A model generated the notes under the pieces. The model searched no databases, was not told the origin of the DNA, and worked only from the letters and a program-made list of their open reading frames with translations. Shown one piece after another: positions 18,691 to 31,025 of a stretch of DNA of 64,000 nt. Every line of letters begins with the position of its first letter. The first letter of the stretch is position 1. Source of the DNA: Eledone cirrhosa (taxonomy: Eukaryota); contig OZ024740.1 of assembly GCA_964016885.1 (NCBI GenBank), positions 248,558,001-248,622,000 of the forward strand, given 5' to 3'. Both the position numbers and the translations under genes were made by a program.

Positions 18691-18818
18691 AGTTTTAATA
18701 TAGATGAGATTCTACAGGACTAGAACTGTTTCATTCTTTAAAGATCATCAGGAATCCCTGATGATTTCTAAAGAATGAAACAGTTCTAGTCCTGTAGAAT
18801 CTCATCTATATTAAAACT
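18691..18818. ncRNA. Palindrome carrying two back-to-back HHR cores
   Basis: Arms at 18691-18752 and 18756-18818. The plus strand reads CTGATGA (18758-64)..GAAA (18777-80)-CAGTTCTAG-TC, with the same motif on minus. Confidence 0.65.
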
Positions 18819-18835
18819 ATATATATATATATATT

Positions 18836-19649
18836 TATTAAAATAACAGATTAAAGTTTAAGCAAAAAATCGCTGCTTTCACCCTTAACGGGATCTTCTG
18901 AAACTAACAAAGTCAATCTGTAAACGCAGAACTGGATATTTCAAAAAACGTTGCAACCGGAGGCGGACAGGAAGACGATACTTTGGTTCGTGGAAACGTT
19001 CGCTGGCAAAGGTTTTGCGTATGCTTGTGTATGTACGTATTTGTTTGCATGTATGTATTTATTTATTTCTATTACTTCTGTATTGTATTTATTTACTTTG
19101 TTCTTAACTCTGTAGCGGAGATTCATTCGGTCTCCTAGTTAGAATTTTAGTCTACGACTTCTGCTATACCATTTACGTGGTTTTGTCTTTGCTTGCTATT
19201 GTTCTCCACGCTCCACATATGACGTATTATCTTCGTTTTTTCGTTCATTGCCAGAGAACGTCTATATGCACCACTTAGAGAACATTAGTCTACGACCTCT
19301 TTTATACCATAAACGTGGTTTTGTCTTTGCGCGTAATTGTTTTTCACCGCTCCTATTAATGACGTATTATTCGTTTTTCCCCGTTCTTTGCCAGCGAACG
19401 TCACCATGAACCAAAGTATCGTCTTCCTGTCTTCCTCCGGTTGCAACGTTTTTTGAAATATCCAGTTCTGCGTTTACAGATTGACTTTGTTAGTTTCAGA
19501 AGATCGCGTTAAGGGTGAAAGCAGCGATTCTTTGCTTAAACTTTAATCTGTTATTTTAATAAATATTTGCTCTACGGTTCTTATATATTTGATATATATT
19601 TATCCTTATCGAGCCCTCTTTGGATTTTAGTCTTCAAATTTATTATTAT

Positions 19650-19652
<3 letters not shown>
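18836..19652 (+). mobile_element. PLE-like family B fold-back element with an HHR-like fold (U4A core)
   Basis: Inverted arms at 18836-19011 and 19386-19563, internal about 135-nt tandem duplication. Fold AGTTT-CAGAAGA-T-CCC/GGG-T-GAAA-GCA..TGC-TT-AAACT at 18855-18905 (-), with a CGC/GGG copy at 19492-19542 (+). Confidence 0.65.
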
Positions 19653-19709
<57 letters not shown>

Positions 19710-20274
19710 AGGAGGTGAGTAATATTGTAGAACAATAAAACTATGCATATATCAGATAAGTAGCACTCAACAGTTGGTAGAACTGGAGTATATATAAAGA
19801 AGAAATTAAAAGATGGTTAAAAAAGTTCCGTATATTTTATTATGCGCATTTCGAAAACAACATCATCCTGGGACCAAAATTGTGTTCTCATCAGATAACA
19901 TAAGGTAACACGATATGAGACCTAAAAACACTTGTGAACCAGAAAGTGTACAGTCAACATATGACAAAAATATAAGAGAAGAGAAAAAAATAGCTATTTC
20001 CTTTATTTACTTGTTGATATAAAATATTAAATAATAATCTAATACTATACCCCACATATATAAATGTTTAATAGTAATTTTTAATTTTGACATAGATGGA
20101 CTATTCTTATTTTTATTTATTATTTATTATTTTTTATTCTAGTCTTTTTTATTCTAGTCTATCTTATTTTATTTTATTTTATCTTATTTTATTTTATTTA
20201 AAAAAACTTTTTTTATAATTATTTTTTTTAATAATTATTATTATTATTATTATTTTTATTAGTTTTATTATTTT

Positions 20275-20463
20275 ACGGTGGATTGGCAATATTGGTAGAG
20301 GGTCGGACGCCATGCTTTGACGTATAGAGTTACGGCTCTTGCCATTCTGAGTTCAAATCCCGCCAAGGTTAACTTTGCCTTTCATCCTTACGAGGTCGAT
20401 AAAATAAAGTACCAGTAATGCACTGAGTAATTGCTGGCCTTGTGCTTAACGTAGCAACAATTA
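20275..20463 (+). mobile_element. tRNA-derived SINE nested in the family E element
   Basis: ggtggattggcaatattgg..gagttcaaatcccgcc..tttcatccttacgaggtcgataaaataaagtaccag. Confidence 0.82.
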
Positions 20464-20997
20464 TTATTATTTTTAATTTAATTTTTATTTTTATTTTATT
20501 TTTTATTTTTATTTTACTTTTATTTTATTTTATTTTTCTTTATTTTATTTTATTTTATTTTATTTTATTTTATTTTATTTTATTTTATTAATACATTTTT
20601 ACACTTCTTAATCCAATTTTTAGTATTCAAACTCTATATTAAATAATATACCCAGTTTATTTATTCTAGACTTCTAATATTCGTTATATTAGAACATTTA
20701 CCTCATCAATCTATTTATTTATTTATTTTTATATTTATTTTTATTTTTATTTTTATTATATATATATATATATTTTTTTAAGCCGTTATTCACTTTTGGA
20801 CAGCGTTCCCGATCAAAACTATCTCTCTCTCTCACTCTTTTTCTCTTTCTCCCTCCTCCTTCTTTCTTTCTTTTTCCTTTTTCCTTCTTTCCTTTTCTTC
20901 ATTTTTCCTATTTTTTCTCTTCTCTTATATTTTTGTCATATGTTGACTGGACACTTTCTTGTTCGCAAGTATTTTTAGGCCTCATATCATGTTACCT

Positions 20998-21067
20998 TAT
21001 TTTATCTGATGAGAACACAATTTTTGTCCCAGGATGATGTTGTTTTCGAAATGCGCATAATAAAATA
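20998..21067 (+). ncRNA. Type I hammerhead ribozyme, canonical core (mirror copy about 19833-19900 on minus)
   Basis: TATTTTAT-CTGATGA-GAA..TTC-GAAA-TGCGCA-TA-ATAAAATA, with palindromic stem III ATGCGCAT. Confidence 0.85.
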
Positions 21068-21188
21068 TACGGAACTTTTTAAACCATCTTTTAATTTCTT
21101 CTTTATATATATATATGGAGAGAGACCATCGCTGACATGGGATTAAGCATCGGTAAGAGGGTTTTTTTATATCGATGTTTGACGGGCA

Positions 21189-21309
21189 TCCACTGATGAT
21201 TTATAAGTGCCCACCTGCATATATTCCTACGTAATGTGTGCAGGCTTCTACATAACCCGGACACATTCTCCCAGCTTGTATAAAACTTATAATGAAACAA
21301 TTGTTTGGA
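21189..21309 (+). ncRNA. Type I HHR with long stem II insert, copy 1
   Basis: TCCA-CTGATGA-T-TTATAAGT..(about 75 nt including a CCTGCA/TGCAGG hairpin)..ACTTATAA-T-GAAA-CAATTG-TT-TGGA. Confidence 0.8.
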
Positions 21310-21918
21310 AAGGGAGATATATTTTAATTATGTCTCATATAAAATAATACAACTGGCTTTCCGCAAAATACATATAGTTAGCACCCCAAACGTAAAATTG
21401 GGATTATACTAAGGTATATCCTAATGTTTGTTGAGTGAGTTGGTAGCCAATCAGAGTATAGCTTAAAGCTTTCTCTGTTAATGTATTGAATATTATACTC
21501 TTGATTTGGCCTGAGATGAATATTTCCAGATACCTTTTAAGCGTAACTTTCCGTATTTATTATTACTATGAAATATTGATCGTTATTCTGGTATCATGTC
21601 TCTGTTTTTAGCCTAAGATAATACCTATATGCGTGTATAAATAATACATGCATACATTTATTTTTTTTAAATCTAATTGAGTTCTTCACACGCAGGGTTA
21701 AAATTGTTGAAAAAATTAATTGACCCGCGTGTAAATTATTTTACTGTCTTGTGTTTCGCGATGACCTCCCCTTTCCGCTTCATGACGCTATGAGATTCCT
21801 CATTCTGAGACTGCTGGAATTTCAAATTTGGCGGTCATTCTGACGCGGAGAGAGACCATCGCTGACATGGGATTAAGCATCGGTAAGAGAGTTTTTTTAT
21901 ATCGATGTTTGACGGGCA

Positions 21919-22039
21919 TCCACTGATGATTTATAAGTGCCCACCTGCACATATTCCTACGTAATGTGTGCAGGCTTCTACATAACCCGGACACATTCTC
22001 CCAACTTGTATAAAACTTATAATGAAACAATTGTTTGGA
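21919..22039 (+). ncRNA. Type I HHR with long stem II insert, copy 2
   Basis: Same motif 730 nt downstream. Confidence 0.8.
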
Positions 22040-22219
22040 AAGGGAGATATATTTTAATTATGTCTCATATAAAATAATACAACTGGCTTTCCGCAAAATA
22101 CATATAGTTAGCACCCCAAACGTAAAATTGGGATTATACTAAGGTATATCATAATGTTTGTTGAGTGAGTTGGTAGCCAGTCAGAGTATAGCTTAAAGCT
22201 TTCTCTGTTAATGTATTGA

Positions 22220-22290
<71 letters not shown>

Positions 22291-22299
22291 TATATATAT

Positions 22300-22790
22300 A
22301 TAAATCAGGAAAGAAGAGTGACACGGTTTGCTATACAAAAGGTTTTTAATCTCATTGCTGACAATTGTTTTCCTGAACTGGTAGGTCTAGAAATCGCTAC
22401 CTCCTTATTTTCACGTTATTCGATAATGCATGTCTACTATATATAGTAGCCATGCCTGTATATTCCTTTTATTCTCACAAGCTCCGATGAATTGACTGGT
22501 TATAACTTTGTATTGGTGATCGAATAACGTGAAAACAAGCAGGTAGCGATCTCTAGACCTACCAGTTCAGAGAAACAATTGTCAGCAATGAGATTAAAAA
22601 CCTTTTTTGTATAACAAACCGTGTCACTCTTCTTTCCTGATTTATCATTACTCCAAGTGCTTACTCGCAACATCACTATGGAAACGCCTTGTTGAGTCAA
22701 ACTTAGCCAAGCGTTGATATCATCCACTACCCGGAGTACCATAACTGGACTACACTTAAGTGGACTACCTATAACAATAATTTGTTACCC
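22300..22790 (+). mobile_element. Small PLE-like fold-back element with HHR
   Basis: Inverted arms at 22300-22424 and 22519-22647. The 3' tail is related to 36297-36402. Confidence 0.75.
22473..22593 (+). ncRNA. Type I HHR, U4C core, long stem II insert
   Basis: TCTCA-caa-GCT-CCGATGA..TGACTGGT..ACCAGTTCA-GA-GAAA-CAATTG-TC-AGC-aa-TGAGA (GUC site, bipartite stem I). Confidence 0.72.
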
Positions 22791-23117
22791 CGTATATATA
22801 TATATATATATATATATATGCCATTGAACCACATTGGCATATGGTTGGACAATACATGTGTCCCTTAGCGCTTTGTGCGTGTAGGAACATATATCCTATT
22901 ATTACTATTCTCCTCTATGTTGAGAAAAAAAATTTGGTCGTTCCGACTGCTGCTAGTGATAGTGGTGGCCGTTTGACCTACCTCCCTCTGCCTCTATCTT
23001 TACTTCGGCCCTTGAAAAAATTGATTCCACTTCATTTACTCTCATCTCGGGAACAGTTTTGGATAGCGCTAGTTCGTAATTTAAATTCAAGAATTTTATA
23101 TTCTTCGAATGACAAGG

Positions 23118-23201
23118 ACCTTCTGACGAGAATCTTTCTTTGCAACGAAGGCCGTATGGTCTCCGTTTATTTTTGAGATTCGAAACCGATTCGGTAAAGG
23201 T
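23118..23201 (+). ncRNA. Type I hammerhead ribozyme, fully canonical, in a 450-nt insert (22819-23270) between (TA)n tracts
   Basis: ACCTT-CTGACGA-GAATCT..AGATTC-GAAA-CCGA-T-TCGG-TA-AAGGT. Confidence 0.88.
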
Positions 23202-23268
23202 AACTATAGTAAGTAAAGTCAATTTTTTTAAATTTATTTTGAAACTTTTTCATTATTTGCTAAACCTG

Positions 23269-23322
<54 letters not shown>

Positions 23323-23326
<4 letters not shown>

Positions 23327-24182
23327 CTTGATCACCTTGACCGACCAGTCTGTCGGGCGTCCATTCGGCGCCTCTAGTCACAGCACGCCGTCCATTCCTC
23401 TCTGGATCGTGCTTTCCTCATCTATGTAGACCCAATAGTATTCTTCAGATCGTAACTCCACCCTCGTGGAGGCCTTCTGAGTGATCGTTTCTGCTCGCGC
23501 GGTTACCACTCGGCAACTGCGCGGGTCCACCGGTTATCGGTGAACCGGGCGACGTGTCCAGCCCATCTGAAGTTGCTGCGCATATATTCCGTGATGACGT
23601 CCCTCACGCCGGACGTCTGTCTGATGACTTCGCTCCTGATGTGCTCTCTCAACGAGATTCCTAGCATTGATCTCTCCATGGCTCTTTGAGCCGTTACCAG
23701 CCTCTGCTCTTCTCTCTTCGTTGTAGCCCAAGTTTCACTGCCATATAACATTGCAGTTAAAACTGTGCTATTGAAGAGGTTGGCGCGGGTGGTCTTGTCC
23801 AACCTCCCCTTGAGCACATCCCTTATGCCGTTGAACGCCTTCCATCCGGCCCTTACTCTCCGCGAGATCTCCCTCTCAATGTCTCGGCGCATGTTCACTT
23901 CTTGTCCCAGGCATTGACTGGCAAGGTGATATCAACATCAACGGCGAGATACTTACCCACCTCCGTTTCGCTGATGACATCGTACTCATCGCTGAAACCA
24001 CGGATCAGCTTCAGACCATGCTGACGGAGCTCGACATCAAAAGCTCTGCAGTAGGCCTCAAGATGAACCGCATGAAAACGCAGTTCATGCGGTCCGACAA
24101 CGTACCAACAGGTCAAATGGTGGTTGGCGGTGATGAAATAGAGGAGGTGGAGGAATACGTCTACCTGGGACAAGAAGTGAAC

Positions 24183-24184
<2 letters not shown>
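23323..24184 (-). mobile_element. Young RTE-1-like LINE 3' fragment with 5' inversion
   Basis: Minus 23911-23325 encodes LGQEVNMRRDIEREISRRVRAGW..LYGSETW..RWAGHVAR and ends in a (CAAGGTGAT)n tail. Plus 23909-24184 encodes the upstream THLRFADDIVL..YVYLGQEVNM. Confidence 0.9.
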
Positions 24185-24248
<64 letters not shown>

Positions 24249-24257
<9 letters not shown>

Positions 24258-24729
24258 TAAACGGAATAGAAAATGCTGACAAATTGTTCACAGTTGAAAA
24301 ATGGTTTAATTAGGAATAAAAGAGTATTAGTGATTGTATGGGTTAGTATTCAGTTGAGTTTTTAAGTTTTTACCGGTTGCGCATTTCTAAATGCTTTTCA
24401 AAAATAATTTTGAGATAGAGTGTCTTTTGCAACACCAAAGTAACGCTGGAGCCACTTTTTTAACATAAAAACAGGTAGAATTCCCAAAACTAATCAGATC
24501 AGAGCAAACACCACGGACACTCTATCTCAAAATTATTTTTGAAAAGCATTTAGAAATGCGCAACCGGTAAAAACTTAAAAACTTAAAACCACAACTGAAT
24601 ACTAACCCATACAATCACTAATACTCTTTTATTCCTCATTAAACCATTTTTCAACTGTGAACAATTTGTCAGCATTTTCTATTCCGTTTACCAATATATA
24701 ATAACTTGTGTGTTACACCTCTATTCTTT

Positions 24730-24735
<6 letters not shown>
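24249..24735. mobile_element. Fold-back element with HHR-like motifs in both arms (U3-A8 core, GCAA instead of GAAA)
   Basis: Arms at 24249-24424 and 24516-24699. Motif TTT-TTGAAAA-GCATTT/AG/AAATGC-GCAA-CCGG-TA-AAA at 24536-24572. Confidence 0.7.
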
Positions 24736-24790
<55 letters not shown>

Positions 24791-24794
<4 letters not shown>

Positions 24795-26899
24795 TTATAC
24801 TTGGAGAGGATCATATTGTTGTAATAATATTGCCAGAAATAATAACAGAACACACTCACTGTTTGGTTGGTTTTCGCTTCTGTATCTTTTATATCTCCAT
24901 ATTTAATTCATTTGGCCATCAATGTTTATCATTGACTGATCAACGGTCAAAAATACAGATATAAATACATATATATAGTCTAACAAAGTTCTTTCGTTGC
25001 ACATCTGCAACATCATCAGTGGTACTATTATCATGTTTCCCCTGCTGTATTGTATGTATTGTATGTATTGTAGTGTCTACGCCATTTTTATTTTATCTAT
25101 TTATTTATTTTTTTTTTTTTTTGTCCTCGTCTCTGCGCATGCGTTTGCATGTGTGAATAGTGTTTGGTGTGTGTGTTCGCGTTTGGGTGACTGTGTTTTG
25201 GTTTTTGTATTCTATCTTTGTTTATTAGTGTGTGTTTACATGTGTTTGTTGTTATTGTGCTTGTGTATATATTTATTTATTTATTTATTTATATTTCTCT
25301 TAAGTCAGTATTGTTTGTTTGGCTGTTGTTGTTATTCCATTCATTTTTTCTGTTTAACTTTGGCTTTCTAAGCTCTATTTCGCACGCTTCTCTGATTTGC
25401 CTACCTGTTGGGTCATTTCTATGTTTAGATATTATTTTAATTTCTATGTTGTCTATGTTACCGTCATGTTGTTGTCTGGCCTGTTCGTATAGTACTGAAC
25501 CGTTTTTTTTTTGTCCTTTTAATTCCCTCCAGTGTTGGTATATTCTTTCTCCTATGCTTCTGGCTGTCTCACCTATGTATGTCGTTGTCATGTTTCTGCA
25601 AGTACCCTCTGTACATCGTATGCTATAGACCACATTTCTAGTTTTACAGTTTATCCGGGGTTTACTTTACATATAACACATTTCTTATTAGTACAGTGGG
25701 TTTTCTTAAAAGGGTATGTTTTGCTGATCAGAGATTTTATGGTAGTTCCTGGCTTTTCTACCACTTTAATCTTTATGTGGGTCTTTCTCAGGGCCTTTCT
25801 GCATTGGTTAGCTAATTTCCCTCCAAAGGTAGCATCATGTTCGTACATGACACTCTTGTATCTCTGGTTGTCGTACCATGAGGTGGCTTTCCCTATCTTA
25901 TATTTAGTCGTATCTAAGCTATTCCATGATTTGCTCCTGTATAATGGGCAAATTCCTTTCATGTCCAGTTCTATGAGGGTTTTATACTTCTCCGTCGCTC
26001 CTTTGTATACTCTGATTTTGTGTCTTTGGTTGTAGCCAGAGAACTGCATGCGGTTGATGAAGTTTTGGATGTGTCTTTCCATTTCTGTTGGGTCGCACAT
26101 GCGGGACACGTTCATCATCACTCGTACCAAGTCTGCGATCAGAATATTAAACTTAGCACTACTGGACCTTGCTGAGTTTTTGAGTATCAGGTATTTGGAG
26201 GCCATGGGTTTAGCGTAGTGTGAGTGGAGAATTTGGGCCCTCTCGTCTATAGTGTTAATCCAGAGTTCCGTGTCTAATACAGGTAGTCTATTGTTAGGGT
26301 GTTTGGAACGGTAGTCAATAGTTACAGTTATACTCTGGTGTATCGAATTAGCTATCTGCTGGATGCTTTCCATTGTGCTACATTCTAAATCATGTTATTT
26401 AGTACTCTCTTGTGGGGGTGTCCTTATAACTATATTAATATCATCTACGTAACGAGAGTACATGATGAGGTCTATGGAGCTCTCTTCTTGATCTTTGAGT
26501 TTCCTTTCCCACCATACCATAAAAAGGTTGGCAACATCCCCAGCTATGCTGCCACCAATGACTGCTCCCTCATTTTGGGTGTAGATCTTTTCATTAAATT
26601 TGAATATATGGCCCTTTAGGGTAGTTTTAATACTATTGCATGCGCGACCATTTTTCTCACCTGATCATTGTTTTGGGGTGTACGTATGGCTTTGGTCCAC
26701 CCAATCCACCTTCCCATGGGAGTCTTTTTAACCATTGAGGTTATGGTGGGGGGTCTACCTCCTATGGGTCTACTGTGGCAGAAAGGTCACGGTTGTCTGG
26801 GTGCTCGGTGTCGTAAGTAAGTCTAAGTAGGAGGCCCAGTTCATCTGTGTCGACGTCATTATATCCATCGTCATAGTTGTGTGTGTTGCTATTATTGTT

Positions 26900-26900
<1 letters not shown>
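24791..26900 (-). mobile_element. Penelope-like element family A (RT, linker and GIY-YIG remnants; 3' pLTR with HHR)
   Basis: RT motif YSRYVDDINI (about 26435-26460). ORF 26373-25651 (LPVLDTELW, KIKVVEKPG, C..C..C). GIY-YIG VYSIRC..YIGETARSIGERIYQH (25633-25289). HHR core CTGATGA at minus 25013-25019. Confidence 0.9.
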
Positions 26901-26937
<37 letters not shown>

Positions 26938-27035
26938 TACAAAAATTAGATTAATGATGCCATGTCTGAGAATATCAGAAGCATGCCCCATATCACCTGT
27001 GGAATAAGCTCAAAGATTCCAAGTAAAAAATCCGA

Positions 27036-27432
<397 letters not shown>

Positions 27433-27619
27433 TCGACCTTAAAAACATCAAAACACACACAGACAAATATACCTGAAGATGATCGGAAACTGTCCATGTG
27501 TCCATCTTTTCCGAATTTTCTGTGCTTTTTATTTGTCCTACGTGGGGATGGTCAGCTCAATTAAAGTGGATTTAGTTACACTTTCTTTTAGAAAGGTGTA
27601 ACGGTGGGTAAAGGAAGAG

Positions 27620-28212
27620 AATTAAGATATAACCTCAAACCGAACGTAGACTGGGACAGATAGGGAGTAAGAGAGTCTACAGTATGAAGGGAGAGGGTTA
27701 TATAGAGAGAGAAGGGAAGAGCAGAAGAGGAGAGAATGGGGATGAAAACGATGGAATAGGGCTTAAGGAGAATCCTTTTATTTTTGCCACTGCTGCTGCT
27801 GCCTTTCCAACAGCAAACAAACACCCTTTCTTTCGCCGATCAAGCCTTCAGGCGGACGTGCCCCATTGCTCTCTCGTTCCTCTATTCTAGCGTTTGAACA
27901 ACAGAGATTTGTTTTCTATTGCGCAGGAAATACTTCTAGACATAGTACTTCCCTAACGCGAGAAACTATGTGTTACAGTATTGTAGGAAGCTGATAATTC
28001 AGATAACGTTAAAGTTCTTTTTTCTTGTTAGTTTATTCTCTCCATCTCTTCGTTTTTCTCCATAATTCCTTCTTCATCGTTTTCGTCCCCATTTTTCTCC
28101 TCTTCTCCTCTTCCCTTCTCTCTCTATAACCCTTTCATTTCTCATCTCATACTTTAGACTCTCTCCCTCTCCCTCTCTCCCACTCTCCGTTCGATTTGAG
28201 GTCATATCTTAA
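27620..28212. repeat. Diverged inverted repeat (about 135-bp arms)
   Basis: 27620-27753 against 28076-28212 (ttaagatataacctcaaaccgaacg / cgttcgatttgaggtcatatcttaa; gaaaacgatg / catcgttttc). Confidence 0.7.
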
Positions 28213-28569
28213 CACCAAATAGTATCCAGCTGTTTACGGCTACTCCTCGCGCTGATAATACTCCAATTTCACGAATATAAATAAATATAAAACAATTGAG
28301 ATGCATCACAGGTCTAAGTGCTACCATCTTATTGACTATGTCTTGGTACGCAAATCAGATTTGAAAGATAATCCGATCTATGACAGGAGCCAAAATGTTG
28401 GACAGACCATAGGCTAGTGAGAGGGAAATTTTTCTTTTTCAATCCAGCCCAAAATTAAAATGGAAGACTCTATAGTACCAAAGAGAATTAATATAACTTT
28501 AATCCCCCCACTTTATTACAAAACTTTCGTCATGTAATAAGAGGTGTTCCACTTGAACATACACATCCA

Positions 28570-31025
28570 TGAGAGAATTTCAAATTACAAGTCTATAATG
28601 CTTCTCGGCAGAACTGTTCTGCAAGAGAACGGGTCGCGGGTGGTGGATAGTGATGCAGCCACCAAATATGATGGTTATTTGCGATATAAGCGGGCATCTG
28701 CCGGACGAATAAGCAGCCCTGGACCAACAGCGGTAAACAACTAGGGTAGATGGAGTAATGAGTGGTTCCTTTAGGTTTCAAGAAAATTCTCACAACCCAG
28801 TGATGTAGCTACGACGAGGCGAGTAAAGGTTGCATCCAAGAAAAGCTGAGAAAAGTACCAGATTGGTGACTGGCGCGGATAATACCACCAAAGTTCCGTG
28901 GTTCTGGTACTAAAGATTTGGAAAGAGGGTGGAAGATCCATTATTCAGGTGTGGGGATAGAAATGATTGCACAGGTAGGAGTGGGGATACTCTCAAGCCC
29001 TGACTATCAGAATGTGTTATGAACTGGATCCTATCAGGATTTGGCTCTTGAAATTTTAGCTGAAAGATAGGTCTCTGTGGGTGGTGCAAGTTTATGCACC
29101 AAACAAAGAGTCTAGATATATCCTCATGGAAGACTTCAATGCACATGTTGGCATTGGCCACCTGACATGGAAAGGAGAGACTGAAAGGAACAGCGATCCC
29201 GATCTGAATATGAATGGTGAGGCCTTATTAGATTTCTTTTCTAGTAATGGGCGCTCTATTATGAACACCTTCCAGCACAAATACATCCATAAATATACAT
29301 GGAATAAAGGGAATCAGCGACAAAGATCAATAATTGATTTTGTTATTGCTTCTGATCACTTCGATTCTGTTCTGGTTATCTGCAACTTGAGACTACCAAG
29401 GAAGTCCACAAAAGTGGCAGGTCCAGGTCAACCTGCAGAGCAATGTGGGAAGGGAAGCGTTGGTGGTTAAATAATTTAGAACCAAGTATGCAGATACTAT
29501 TATCCAAATTCAGAGAACTCCCTGGGGAAACTGAGGACGTTGAAATGAAGTGGAGACTGTTTAGACCGGCAGTTTCTGTTTCACTTGTTATACACTGCGA
29601 GCGAAAGCGGCTTGGTGCGACGTTAGGTGGCAGGAGGACTCCTTTGTTCCAATCAAGAGGTCAAAGATGCCATCAGAACAAAGAATAAGGTAAACAAACA
29701 TGGTTTGTAAATAAGCTCCCTTCTTTCACTTGCGCTAAAAGCAAGCACAAAAAGTTGCAGCAGAGACAGTAAAGGCGTCCAAAGTTAAGCATGGGAGGAC
29801 TTTGAGGTTAAGCTGGAATCCGACTTCAGATCAGTAAATAAAGTGTTCTGGCAAACCATCCGCCGACTTCATATTAAGAAGTCCTATCAGGATCACCTCT
29901 GGGGTTCTCTTTTCTTGAGAGAGGTGCATCCTCGCGAAATGGTAAAAATACACTGCTGTTCTCCAAAACCCGATCACAACAGCATCTGATATATAAGAGA
30001 TGCATCTGAGAGCGGTGACTAATCTCTGAGGCTGAGGTCACAAAAGCAATTAAAGAATCCAAATGGGGCGAGGTCGCTGGGGAGGATGAAATTCGGCCCG
30101 AGATGTTAAAAGTCTTAAATAGAGAAGGTATTCTCTGGCTGACTTGTGTGTGCTGGGTGGCCTGGATCTCTGGAATGGTATCAATGCAGTGGCAATCAGG
30201 AGTGATAATACCGATTTTCAAAATGGAGACGAGAGAAATGTTTCCAATTATAGAGGGATTTCTTTGTTACACATCTCTAGTAATGTCTATGCTAAGTGTC
30301 TAGCAAAGAGGTGTGGGGGAAATTGTCGAGTCCAAGCTAGTTGATGAACAGTGGTGTTTTGGATCCGGAAGTAGCACAGCCGACCAAATATTCACACTGT
30401 GACAGGTCTTTCAGAAATCGTGGGATTACTGCCAAGAGGTGTCTGTTTGCTTCGTAGACCTTGAAAAGGCATATGGCCACGTTCCACGGGATCTCCTGTG
30501 GAAGGTTCTGCAGGAGTATAAGGTCGATGGTCAGCTTCTTGCTGCCCTGATGTCTCTATACGAATGCTCGAGTATTTGTGCTCAGAGAAATGGTGCTAAA
30601 TTGAAACCATTCAATGAAGGAGTCGGATTCCTCCAAGGGTACGTATTGTCACCTCTCCTGTTCATAATCTTCATGGACAGGATTGACATATGCAGCCGGG
30701 TGTAGGATCAGTTTGCTGGAATATCCAGACGACATAGTATTACTTAACTCGACAGAAGGTGATCTCTGACAAACGCTTGATAGCTTACGCAGTGCACTCT
30801 ACATGTGAGTGGAATTCCATTGAAGCAGGAGAAGAAGTTCAAGTATCTCGGGGCCGAGATCACGAGTGATGGAAATCAGGAGGTTGAATTAAGTGCAAGT
30901 ATTGCAGGAGCTAGTACAGTAATGAGCCAGCTTCAGCATACGGTAAGCAGAAGGAAGGTAGGCGTAAAAGCCGAATTCGTTATCTTCAAATCGGTATTCC
31001 TGCCATCCCTTATCTAGGAAAATGA
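28570..31025 (+). mobile_element. Degenerate RTE-clade LINE (Rex3/Expander-like)
   Basis: Motifs VQVYAPN, EDFNAHVG, NGEALLDF, NYRGISLL, CFVDLEKAYGHVPR, QGYVLSPLLFIIFMD and FKYLG, with many stops. Confidence 0.88.

Larger units (their letters stand above)
19709..21112. mobile_element. PLE-like element with inverted pseudo-LTRs (family E), interrupted by a SINE
   Basis: Inverted arms at 19790-19993 and 20908-21112, each with an HHR. AT-rich spacer. Confidence 0.78.
21117..22219 (+). mobile_element. Non-coding element with 373-bp direct repeats (730-nt period), each holding an HHR (retrozyme-like or PLE partial tandem)
   Basis: 21117-21489 matches 21847-22219 with few substitutions. Bounded by (TA)n with no credible ORF. 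Confidence 0.85.

Noticed and set aside
27470-27505. CTGAAGA-TGATCG-GAAA-CTG-TC as a hammerhead
   Set aside because: No stem II or stem I can form. At best a deleted relic.
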